A stretch of DNA of 64,000 bases. It comes from a virus (taxonomy: Duplodnaviria; Caudoviricetes). The notes under the pieces are model-generated. The model searched no databases, was not told the origin of the DNA, and saw only the letters and a program-made list of their open reading frames with translations. Made by a program: the position numbers and the translations under genes. Positions 56,084 through 64,000 of the stretch are shown here, piece after piece (positions within the stretch are counted from its first letter, which is position 1; every line of letters begins with the position of its first letter). The DNA is taken from positions 27,596 to 91,595 of the IMG/VR virus record IMGVR_UViG_3300044259_000036. One strand, 5' to 3'.

Positions 56084-56616
56084 GGCTTCACCCAAAATTC
56101 TGGATTGTTGTGGTGGGTTACCAAATGCCCTATCAGGCGCTTGGTCAGCCGCTCCTGCAGGTCCTCGTCCGTGACGTCATCCGGCGCGTCGGTCATCACC
56201 GACTCGTAGGAATAGCGCTCCGTTTCCGGGGTCGGGCTATCGTGGAAGTGCTGACAGGCCGAGAGGAAGTGCAACAGGGTGACGTGGCTCACGCTCGGGG
56301 CCATGCTCGCCAGGTGCCTTACCAATTTGGCGGCGGGTTCCACGCTGTCGGCGTCTTTGCATGCCTTCGCATGGCGGATGGCTTCCTCGTCATACGTCCA
56401 GTTGAACAGTCGAGTGACGCTGACCTCCAGCCTGGGGTCGTAAAGCTCGTCCGGGAACAGGGCGCCCACTGCGCACTTGCAGCCGTCCAGGCCCCGGTAC
56501 CGGCAGACGAACCCAGTGTCCGTTGATGCGTCCGCAACCACCGCGCGCTTGCGCTGCTTGGCCATCTGCGCGGTCATGGTGGCGACCATCGCCGCCAGTT
56601 CAGGTATCAGTTGCAT
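56074..56616 (-). CDS. Hypothetical protein, paralog B
   Basis: MQLIPEL...AKQRK...CRYRG...CKCAVGALFPDELY...ACQHFHD. Confidence 0.75.
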   Translation of the reverse strand: MQLIPELAAMVATMTAQMAKQRKRAVVADASTDTGFVCRYRGLDGCKCAVGALFPDELYDPRLEVSVTRLFNWTYDEEAIRHAKACKDADSVEPAAKLVRHLASMAPSVSHVTLLHFLSACQHFHDSPTPETERYSYESVMTDAPDDVTDEDLQERLTKRLIGHLVTHHNNPEFWVKPCN

Positions 56617-56821
56617 GATCAGATCCTCCGGTGCTGCCGATACGCCTTCTGGTAGGCGTCGGTCGCTTGTTGGCGGTTGGCGTCGCTCTCCTCGTTCCGG
56701 GCATTGCGGAACCAGAGGGAGAGGCGTTCGGCGCCGGCGTTGTCTTGTTCGTTGCGGGCTTCGGCGGCCTTTCGACCGGCATCCCAATAAGCTGCGATCG
56801 AATGGACCACAGGGCCTCCTT

Positions 56822-57340
56822 TCAGCCGTAGTACAGGACGTGAGGGTTGGTCTTCAGCTCGTACAGAATGAACATCCGGTACTCGCTGGTGAGCTGGGTA
56901 AGGAAGAACAGCAGGTTGCGGCCGCACTGCCCGGCGAACTTGTGGGCCAGGTGGTTGCCCAGCTGCTCGCCGAACAGGTAGACCAGCATGTCGCCGCCCA
57001 TCTTGCTGGACATGCGTTCCAGCTGCTTGGCCTGGGCGATGTAGGAATAGCTGCCGTCACCGCGCAGCTCGTCCTTGAATTGGCCGGGGTCGCGCTTGAA
57101 CCGGGCATGGAACTGTTCGTAGCGGGTAGGCTCCCCCGCGCTCGGTGGCGGCGGAGGCGTCTGCTGCACCAGCTTGACCATGCGGTTCTTGAAGTCGTCC
57201 GCGCCGCGCAGGAACAGCTGGCCGGTGGTGGTGTCGCGGTAGATCTGGCGGTCCTCACCCTTGGTGAGGCCGGCGCCGATGGCCAGGCCCAGCAGCTCGT
57301 ACTCGCCGCCCTTGCCTTCGCAGGTATAGAACTCAGTCAC
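56822..57340 (-). CDS. Hypothetical protein with DUF1653-like N-terminus
   Basis: Y...KGGEYELLG.A...IYRD...GQLFLR...F pattern; poly-Pro linker. Confidence 0.6.
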   Translation of the reverse strand: MTEFYTCEGKGGEYELLGLAIGAGLTKGEDRQIYRDTTTGQLFLRGADDFKNRMVKLVQQTPPPPPSAGEPTRYEQFHARFKRDPGQFKDELRGDGSYSYIAQAKQLERMSSKMGGDMLVYLFGEQLGNHLAHKFAGQCGRNLLFFLTQLTSEYRMFILYELKTNPHVLYYG

Positions 57341-57728
57341 TTCCAGCCTCCTTGACTTCCTTGATCAGTTGCACGGCCTTGATGCGGTCTTGCACGCTGC
57401 CGCCCCGGTGTCGCTTCTGGAACACCCGGCAGGTGTGGAAGCAGCCGTTGATTTCAGGGCCAGCGCCGGTGGGCTGGCCGTTCTTGCTGAAGTAGCGGGC
57501 ATCGTGCGGGCAGTGGTGGTTGCCCCGGGCATACACCCCGTCGCGCATCTCCTCGATGGCGTCGTCGCACAGGCCCAGCGTGAACTCGGTGTTTTTGGCC
57601 CCCGGGCTGTCGTCGTCATAGCCCCGTGGAGTCATGCCCACCTCTACCCGGCGCTTCAGCTCAGCCAGGGTGCGGTTGTGGCTGGCATCGCTCTGGTAGA
57701 ACGGCATGTTGCGGATGTCACGCGCCAT
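57333..57728 (-). CDS. Hypothetical protein with Cys/His motifs
   Basis: GLCD...HCPHD...GCFHTCRVF. Confidence 0.6.
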   Translation of the reverse strand: MARDIRNMPFYQSDASHNRTLAELKRRVEVGMTPRGYDDDSPGAKNTEFTLGLCDDAIEEMRDGVYARGNHHCPHDARYFSKNGQPTGAGPEINGCFHTCRVFQKRHRGGSVQDRIKAVQLIKEVKEAGSD

Positions 57729-58002
57729 CGGCCTTCTCCCGTGGATACTTCTTGCCGCAGAACATGCAGTAGGTGGCCACCATGTTGGTGGTGCCCTTGA
57801 CCAGCTTCTCGCCGCCGCCCTTCTTCGGTGCCATGTAGGCGAACTGAGCCGGCATGCACTGGCGGGTGGACGCCTTGCCGCCGTCAATCACCAAGCCGTA
57901 GCCCTGCAGGTGCACGCTCAGGTCGCGGGCACCCTCCGGCAGGTCGTCTTGCATGCGGTCCCGGATCAGGTCCTCCATGCGCTTCTTGCATTCGCAGTTC
58001 AT
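57718..58002 (-). CDS. Zinc-binding hypothetical protein
   Basis: MNCEC...YCMFCGKKY. Confidence 0.65.
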   Translation of the reverse strand: MNCECKKRMEDLIRDRMQDDLPEGARDLSVHLQGYGLVIDGGKASTRQCMPAQFAYMAPKKGGGEKLVKGTTNMVATYCMFCGKKYPREKADGA

Positions 58003-58003
58003 C

Positions 58004-58351
58004 TCATTCCCCTTGGAGGATGTCGACGGTGCCGCGCCACAAGTAGCCGTCTTCCCGGCATTTGGCCTGGGCGGCCAGCTCGGCGACGGACTCGGACACG
58101 GTGTCGATGTTGTAGCGGACGGTCAGCAGCTCACCGTGCTCGCCTTCGGATTTACGGCGCACGTTGAGCACCACGACCTTGGTGTAGCTGACCGGGCGGT
58201 CAGGACGGTACATCGGCGGGCGTGTGGCCTTCTTCTTGTTGAGGGCCGTGCGCGCCGCCTTATAGGCCTTGCGGTCGGCGATCTTCTTGGCTGCCGCTGC
58301 GATGATCTCGTTGCGCTCCCGGATCAGGTTGGAGAGGTCGAGGAAGCTCAT
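58004..58351 (-). CDS. Hypothetical basic protein
   Basis: ggag SD; ATGA overlap. Confidence 0.6.
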   Translation of the reverse strand: MSFLDLSNLIRERNEIIAAAAKKIADRKAYKAARTALNKKKATRPPMYRPDRPVSYTKVVVLNVRRKSEGEHGELLTVRYNIDTVSESVAELAAQAKCREDGYLWRGTVDILQGE

Positions 58352-58508
58352 GCCCGGCGCTCCAGTGATTTCTTGGCTGCCTTCAGTGCCTCGGTGCGGG
58401 CCATGCCCTGGGCCTGCAGGTCGTTGGCGATGCGCGCCTCGTCCTGCAGGCGCTGAAAGTCGGTGTCGTCCTGCGCTCGGCGGCGCGCGGAGATTATGGC
58501 GTTCTCGC

Positions 58509-58799
58509 TCATTCGACCTCCCGGTTCAGGCCGGCCAGTGGGCACGCGCTGTCGTGCACGTCGCCATGCCAGCTGCGGTCGTCGCAGTCGCAATCGTCAG
58601 GGTTCCGGCAGTCCAACCCGAAGTTGTCCAGGATCTCGCTGATGCTCAGCGCGGTGTCGCTGTCCCACTCCTTGCCGTCCAGCTTGTTGTGGACACAGGT
58701 GATCAGCTCATGGGCTTGGCGCACCACCTCTGCGCCGGCCAGCGGGCCGCGCACGTTGAGTTCTTCCTGCAATTGTTTCAGTCGGGTCAGGATGTTCAT
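58509..58799 (-). CDS. Hypothetical protein
   Basis: LDGKEWDSDT and CDCDDRSWHG..HDSACPL motifs. Confidence 0.6.
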   Translation of the reverse strand: MNILTRLKQLQEELNVRGPLAGAEVVRQAHELITCVHNKLDGKEWDSDTALSISEILDNFGLDCRNPDDCDCDDRSWHGDVHDSACPLAGLNREVE

Positions 58800-59650
58800 T
58801 CGTCTTTCCCTCTGCCCGTGCGGGCACCGTGAATAACCTCTCGCAGCTCAGAGAATCCGGTGCCGGCCGTGCGCCGCCGGAGGTAGTCGAGCTGGGTCTG
58901 GTCGAGTAGGCCCATATCCACCTGCTTGACCTGTAGCACCTGGTCCTGATGCTGGTCGAACGGCGTCAGCGGTAACGTCTGGTGCATCAGCGGGAACGTT
59001 TCCTTCAGCCGGCGCACCACCTCGGCCACCCTTACGTTCTGCAGGACCCCGATAGCGCGGTCCAGGGTGACGAGCACGGCGCCCAGGCCGTCGCCTTCGT
59101 AGCTTTCCTGCAGGTGCTCGATGTCCTCCCGGGACATGGTGAGGTCCTGTATCAGCTCCTCGATCTCGGTCGGCAGGGGCTGATGGACCGTGTCAGCGTG
59201 CGCCTCCCAGCCTTCCAGCATGTGCTGGGTGCGGTCATAGCGGAAGGTGCGGAAGCTCTCCGGGTACAGGCACAGGGCTGTGTTGCAGTGCTCACGCCGG
59301 GCGTATTCGAGGAAGGCTGCCACGTTGGTGACCTTGCCCAGCTTGTCGTCGGCGGTGACCTTCTGCCCGGCCTTGAGGTGGTCCAGGGTGCGAGGGATCT
59401 TGCCGATCCGCCACCCGCTATTGGCGCGCTCGGTGAACGGGCGCAGGAACTGGGCGGCGCTGGGCCAGTTGCGGATCAGCTTCTTGACCATGCCGTGGAA
59501 GATCAGCGGCAAGGCCTCGACCGTGGGCACGATGTCCCAGCGTACCTGGGTGTAGCCGTGGCCCACCGGCTTGCCGACCACGTTGAGATGGAAGATCACG
59601 CCGCCGAAGCTGGGCGTGCACCACCAGCGGATGCGAGGGCCGTTATTCAT
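58796..59650 (-). CDS. Hypothetical protein
   Basis: ggagag SD; packed. Confidence 0.6.
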   Translation of the reverse strand: MNNGPRIRWWCTPSFGGVIFHLNVVGKPVGHGYTQVRWDIVPTVEALPLIFHGMVKKLIRNWPSAAQFLRPFTERANSGWRIGKIPRTLDHLKAGQKVTADDKLGKVTNVAAFLEYARREHCNTALCLYPESFRTFRYDRTQHMLEGWEAHADTVHQPLPTEIEELIQDLTMSREDIEHLQESYEGDGLGAVLVTLDRAIGVLQNVRVAEVVRRLKETFPLMHQTLPLTPFDQHQDQVLQVKQVDMGLLDQTQLDYLRRRTAGTGFSELREVIHGARTGRGKDE

Positions 59651-60023
59651 CGTCGCTCTCCTCCTCGAGGAACACGAAGAAGGCGTAGACCTCCTCGCTG
59701 TCATCGTCCTCGGCGCGCGGCTCCAGGGTGGTGAACAGCTTGTCGTCCGCCGGGTCCTTCAGCTCGATGGCGTCGATCGCGGCCTTGGCGGCGTCGTGGA
59801 AGGCGCTGTATTCCGGGTGGTGGTCCTGAGCGCGGTCATCGCTGCCGCCGAAGCAGCCGGTCAGCATCTCCTGGTGCAGGCCTTCCTTCAGCTCTGCCAG
59901 GGTCATGTCGCGCCACACAGCGACCTGCAGGTGTGGAAGGTGGTGGCCCGGCCAGTAGCAGGCCAGGCAGGTTTCAACGTGTGCCGCTGACAGTTTCAGC
60001 GGGCGAGCGGGTGCCGTGGGCAT
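59643..60023 (-). CDS. Hypothetical acidic protein
   Basis: ggag SD; TCL..YW.GHH...YAFFVF motif. Confidence 0.65.
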   Translation of the reverse strand: MPTAPARPLKLSAAHVETCLACYWPGHHLPHLQVAVWRDMTLAELKEGLHQEMLTGCFGGSDDRAQDHHPEYSAFHDAAKAAIDAIELKDPADDKLFTTLEPRAEDDDSEEVYAFFVFLEEESDDE

Positions 60024-60059
60024 ATCATGCTCCGATGCGAATGCTAATGCGGTTGGTAA

Positions 60060-60085
60060 GTTAATCCGGCAATCCCCGGATTATC
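60060..60085 (-). promoter_or_regulatory. 26-bp dyad motif copy 4
   Basis: gttaatccggcaatccccggattatc. Confidence 0.55.
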
Positions 60086-60142
60086 TCATGACAGGAGTCA
60101 GGCCAGCGAGGGGTTTCTTTACCCTCGCTGTACCTTTTGTCG

Positions 60143-60976
60143 TCACTTCTGGGCGGGTGCCAGGCTGACGAAGATGCGGGCGTCCACATGGCAGCCCAGG
60201 ACACGGCCGTCTCTGCCGTAGGAGATCTCGACCTTGGCGTCTGGAGCGACGCTGATGTGGGCCGGGAGTTCGTCGCGAGCGGCGCTGCGATGGCCGTCCT
60301 CGATGTAGTGCTGGAGCGCTGCGATACGCACGTCCGTTTCGGGCTGGGGAGGCTGGGCGGGCTTGCCGGCGCGCGGCATGTTGTACCAGTTGTCCATCGC
60401 CATGTCGGCCGTGTCGAACCAGACAGAGGTATAGCCCCCGCCCTTCCACTGCCAGCGGCCCTCGTCATCCCGGCGCAGGTGCACACCGGCGGCATCCATC
60501 TCAAGGAATGCCTGGGGCACCTGCTCGGTCTGGTCGGCCCAGTATTCCTCTACCACGTCGGCGTAGATGCCGTCGTGACGGGTCACCACACCTTTGCAGG
60601 CGACCGTGGTCTGCGTGCCTTCGATGGCGAACTCGTAGCCGCGGATCTGTAGCAGGGCCAGGATGTTGGCCGGGAGCATGGCGCGCTCCTTGGGAGCCAG
60701 GGTGGGCCAGACCAACTCCTCCCACTTGCGCAACATGGTGGGGAAATCCTCATACGCATCGGACGGGTTCCGGCCATGCGTTCTGCGCCAGTACCAGCGG
60801 TCCGCGGCATCCCAGTCCGCGATGAACCCACAGCGGTCCATGCGTTCGAGGATGGTCGGCGGTCCTTGCACCGCCGTGGCCTGGATGAACAGGTGGTCCA
60901 GCTCTTTGTCGGTAATGTTCGGCCTGGCCCCATAGTTCCTGACCTTGATCATTGCCAGTTTATTCGCGCGCTTCAT
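60143..60976 (-). CDS. Hypothetical protein
   Basis: 277-aa ORF with typical codon bias. Confidence 0.65.
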   Translation of the reverse strand: MKRANKLAMIKVRNYGARPNITDKELDHLFIQATAVQGPPTILERMDRCGFIADWDAADRWYWRRTHGRNPSDAYEDFPTMLRKWEELVWPTLAPKERAMLPANILALLQIRGYEFAIEGTQTTVACKGVVTRHDGIYADVVEEYWADQTEQVPQAFLEMDAAGVHLRRDDEGRWQWKGGGYTSVWFDTADMAMDNWYNMPRAGKPAQPPQPETDVRIAALQHYIEDGHRSAARDELPAHISVAPDAKVEISYGRDGRVLGCHVDARIFVSLAPAQK

Positions 60977-61430
60977 CTTCCATCGCTTCCTTGGTGGGGT
61001 ACGGGATGACGGCCATCTGCGCCGTCACGTCTACCCTCCCCAGCTTCTTCACCACGCCGCTCAACCACACGCGCCCAGTGGGCACGCACAGCTGATCGGC
61101 GTAGAGCATGCGGAGGAAGGCTGTATTGCTGAGTTTCATCGTCCCTCCGATATCGAGGAAGACCCGGGCGGCGGTCTCGCCGTAGTAGACGAGCCCGGCC
61201 TTGATGTAGCAGAAGGTGCCCTTGGCCGGGCACCGGTGCAGACCCACCGCCCAGAAGCGCGGGTCCTCACTGGCGAACACATCCAGCAGGATGTGCAGGT
61301 ACTGGTTGCCTGAATTGACGGACGGATACGGTGCTTGGGCAGCGTATGGCCAGCGCTTTTCAGCGACTTCCTGAGCCAACACCTCCAGCATCTTCCAATG
61401 AACGGCTTGGGTGGTGTGCGTGACCTGCAT
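60960..61430 (-). CDS. Hypothetical protein
   Basis: aaggag SD. Confidence 0.65.
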   Translation of the reverse strand: MQVTHTTQAVHWKMLEVLAQEVAEKRWPYAAQAPYPSVNSGNQYLHILLDVFASEDPRFWAVGLHRCPAKGTFCYIKAGLVYYGETAARVFLDIGGTMKLSNTAFLRMLYADQLCVPTGRVWLSGVVKKLGRVDVTAQMAVIPYPTKEAMEDEARE

Positions 61431-61453
61431 GGTGTGCTCCTTTGTTCGACCCG

Positions 61454-62998
61454 TCAGTCGCGTTCGAGGTACGGGTCGAAGTTGAATTTGTAGACCGGCT
61501 CGTCCTTGTCACCGTAGCCCTCGAGGTAGTAGGTCTCGGGGCCGTAGGTCTGCGCGGTCCAGAACGGCCGGCTACCGCGGCGCAGCTTCCATGCAAATCG
61601 TGCCTTGTACTCGCTTTCGGTCGAGCGCAGCGCTACCTGGTACTCGCGGATCTCGGCAATGCACGGGCCGGCCTTCTGGCCGATCTCGCTCATTTCCAAC
61701 ATCTCGATCACCTCGTCGAGGGTCTTGTCGTTGATGAAGGTCTCCCCGCGCCGGTCCAGCTCTTGCAGCGCGAAAGCGATCCACTTACAGATCGGGATAC
61801 CCGTCAAAAGTGCCATGCCCAGCAGGACGACAGCGCTGATCAGGACCGGCTTGGCTTGGCTGCGACGACTGGATGCCAGGCGGCTGATGATCATCCGGGC
61901 AATCATAACCTCCACGTCATCGCTTATGTGTGATGTTGTCGCGTGGAAGTCCAATTCTGCCCACGGCTTCTCATACACCCGACGCACGGCGCGGCTGAAC
62001 TGGGCGTCGTCGAGCGCAATGGCCTGCCGGTACTTGGTCAGGTTGCCGTCGACCAGGCGCTCGTACATGAACTCGGTCATGCCCTGATCGGTGGGACCGT
62101 TGAACAGGTGGGTCACGTCCCGGAGCAGGAACGGCTTCATCTTGGCAATGACCTGCTGCTCGGCACCTTGATAGGCACCTTTCCCCGCGAGGAGGGCCGA
62201 TGCGAACGACGCGCCGTGTGGCAACTCGTAGACCAGGTAGTGCTGCCGCTGGCTCATGGCCGTGGTGATGCGGCTGGGCTCGACGTAGGTCAGGGTGCCC
62301 TGCCGGCGCAGGTAGGCGTCGTGGTCCTCATGTAAGCGCCAGTTGAATAGGTCGGCACGGAGCAGGTCGAAGTGGCTGTGGTCCGCATGGATGCCGTAGC
62401 CCACATGCGTCATGGCATCGACAAGGGTGGCGTCGACCACGGGGGTGGGGATCTCGAGGACGTCCATGGCGTCGTGGCACAGGACCTCAAGGGCGCCCAA
62501 GGTCATGCCGCCCAGCAGGAACGCGGCCAGTCGGGGGCTGACAGGGTCGATGTTACTGGTGCTGCTGTGCGCAGTGGCGAACGGGGCCAGGCGCTCCAGG
62601 TACATGCGCAGGTACTTGCGACTGTAACGGGCAGGGTCGACCAGGGTGCGGCCGAACTGACGCTCACATTCTCCTTGATAGGCGGGGTCAGGGCTGGCCA
62701 GGTACTGGGCGAGGGTGCCACGGGCGGGTACAGGGGCCTTGATGCCGGTGGCCCGGATCAGGGCGTCGGTGGTCATGAGGATCAGGGCTGCACTGGCGGT
62801 GTCGGCGTCGTCCTGTTTGTGGAGGTAGTTGGGCAGGTAGGTTTTGCCCTTACCAGAAAACGCGAAGCAAGGGAAGCGTTTTGCCTGATTTGGGTGTTTT
62901 CCACGGGGGTTGCGCTTACCTGCATCTTTGTGCCCATAGACGCGATTCTGAGCGGGGACAGCGTGCGCTGGAACGATCCGAAACTCGCTATTTTCCAT
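61454..62998 (-). CDS. Hypothetical protein (514 aa), first gene of the leftward array
   Basis: ggag SD; long ORF with no motif I recognise. Confidence 0.75.
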   Translation of the reverse strand: MENSEFRIVPAHAVPAQNRVYGHKDAGKRNPRGKHPNQAKRFPCFAFSGKGKTYLPNYLHKQDDADTASAALILMTTDALIRATGIKAPVPARGTLAQYLASPDPAYQGECERQFGRTLVDPARYSRKYLRMYLERLAPFATAHSSTSNIDPVSPRLAAFLLGGMTLGALEVLCHDAMDVLEIPTPVVDATLVDAMTHVGYGIHADHSHFDLLRADLFNWRLHEDHDAYLRRQGTLTYVEPSRITTAMSQRQHYLVYELPHGASFASALLAGKGAYQGAEQQVIAKMKPFLLRDVTHLFNGPTDQGMTEFMYERLVDGNLTKYRQAIALDDAQFSRAVRRVYEKPWAELDFHATTSHISDDVEVMIARMIISRLASSRRSQAKPVLISAVVLLGMALLTGIPICKWIAFALQELDRRGETFINDKTLDEVIEMLEMSEIGQKAGPCIAEIREYQVALRSTESEYKARFAWKLRRGSRPFWTAQTYGPETYYLEGYGDKDEPVYKFNFDPYLERD

Positions 62999-63580
62999 TT
63001 TACTGACACTCCACGGGAATTTGCTGAATAAGTTTATGAATTATGCCATTTTTCATAAGAGTGGAGAACCCTCACAGCGAAAAAGTGACCCCTCGGATAG
63101 GTGCTTTTTGCTGCCGGTTTGGTCACCAGCTTTGCATAGCAGGAGGTGGTTATGTGCGTATGTTGTACAAAAACTGTACAGCAGAAAATAAATATTCCCG
63201 ACGAACGGTCGCGAGATGTGGAATCGCTCTCTCGTTTTGCGGGTAGGTTTATATAACAAAAGGCCGTTTTCGTCGATTCCAATGGAAATGACAGCGACCT
63301 GTACAGCCCGTGCAGCCTGGGTTTTGGCGAAACTCTTATGCACCTTGATACCCATTGTCACAGCCAAAATTTAAAATCGCGATTTCCAAGCCACTTTCAA
63401 AAACACAGAATCGAATTTTTAAAAGTCAAGAAATTTTTGCAGCGACCGAATTACAAAGTAGCTGTCACTTCCCACCTCACGACAGCAAACGTTATGTTCT
63501 CACTCCCCCTTATACCCCCTACTACTACCCCAAATATTATTTAAAGATAGATAGATAGAGGGCATCACTGGCACAGTCCT
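62999..63580. promoter_or_regulatory. AT-rich noncoding control region
   Basis: Sharp drop in GC with A/T tracts; extended -10 TGgCATAAT on - near 63040 inside the inverted repeat ttatgaa...ttcataa. Confidence 0.6.
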
Positions 63581-64000
63581 TGCATGCTTCATTCAGGCCC
63601 AGCTGCCCACCCACACCATCAGCAGGAACAGCTGGCTGCCCACCTTGCCTGGTGCACTCGATGGGCGCTCAGCGACCACCAGGCTGCCCTCTCTCGGCGT
63701 CACTCGCACTGCACAGCCACAGCGGACACGCTGCATGCGGCTACGACGCTCAGACAGGCCCTCAGCGACCGCTGTGAGCCATATCCCTACGCTGAGCAGC
63801 AGTCCCAGCCCCAACAGCAGCCAGACCCACGCTGGCAGCTCACCCTGCACCTTGATGCACATATCCATAACGACCTCCTCATGGCCACCTTGATGGCCGA
63901 ACTCATGGCCACCTTAGTGGCCGGGCTCAGTTGGAATTCAGGCTGCCAGTGACTCAGGCAGCGGGGACGAGGGCGGCGATCTCGGCCTGCAGCTCGTTCC

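Larger units (their letters stand above)
1..64000. mobile_element. Phage-plasmid (tailed phage with plasmid replicon and partition system), partial
   Basis: Tail-tip, lysis and lytic replication genes are contiguous with parA/RHH and a ColE2-type rep. No host housekeeping genes and no integrase in the window. Confidence 0.88.

Noticed and set aside
61454-62998. Protelomerase (FAFSGKGK resembles the FxGQxK motif)
   Set aside because: No upstream GRRxxE, no recognisable R-x-x-Y/H/Y catalytic set, and the motif is too near the N-terminus.
63580-63952. ORFs at the right edge on both strands
   Set aside because: Atypical codon usage, mutually overlapping, no convincing RBS; cannot be supported without flanking sequence.

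Overview
This window is an internal 64-kb piece of a large, GC-rich tailed phage that also carries a plasmid replicon, i.e. a phage-plasmid. A Pseudomonas-like host is inferred from GC content and Rep type, not shown. The + strand (1-12.2 kb) holds the 3' part of a giant J-like central tail fibre (>3300 aa, ten CBM-like modules on coiled-coil linkers) and a lysis cassette. The - strand (12.2-41.7 kb) holds a lytic replication and nucleotide block: SbcCD, ligase, RecU-like nuclease, dNMP kinase, DEDD exonuclease, Pol A, ThyX, MazG-like, SNF2 helicase, TraR/DksA, primase-helicase, Dda-like helicase and a C5 methylase. At 41.7-44.5 kb is a type Ib parA/RHH partition pair and a ColE2/pPT23A-type primase Rep, with a ColE2-like origin inside its CDS and an antisense/attenuator leader. 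From 44.6-63 kb is a dense leftward array of small hypothetical genes with a TAXI-type solute-binding protein, followed by an AT-rich noncoding region. The most unusual signals are: (1) five to six dispersed, strictly 4-bp-phased repeat arrays, two of them inside coding sequence; (2) a catalytically dead Pol I fingers mini-domain in frame with an HTH protein; (3) a gapless 26-bp dyad motif upstream of four leftward genes; (4) tail-tip accessory genes displaced 15 kb from J into a terB cluster. All family calls come from motif recognition by eye; no searches were run. No tRNA, rRNA, CRISPR array, integrase or transposase was seen.
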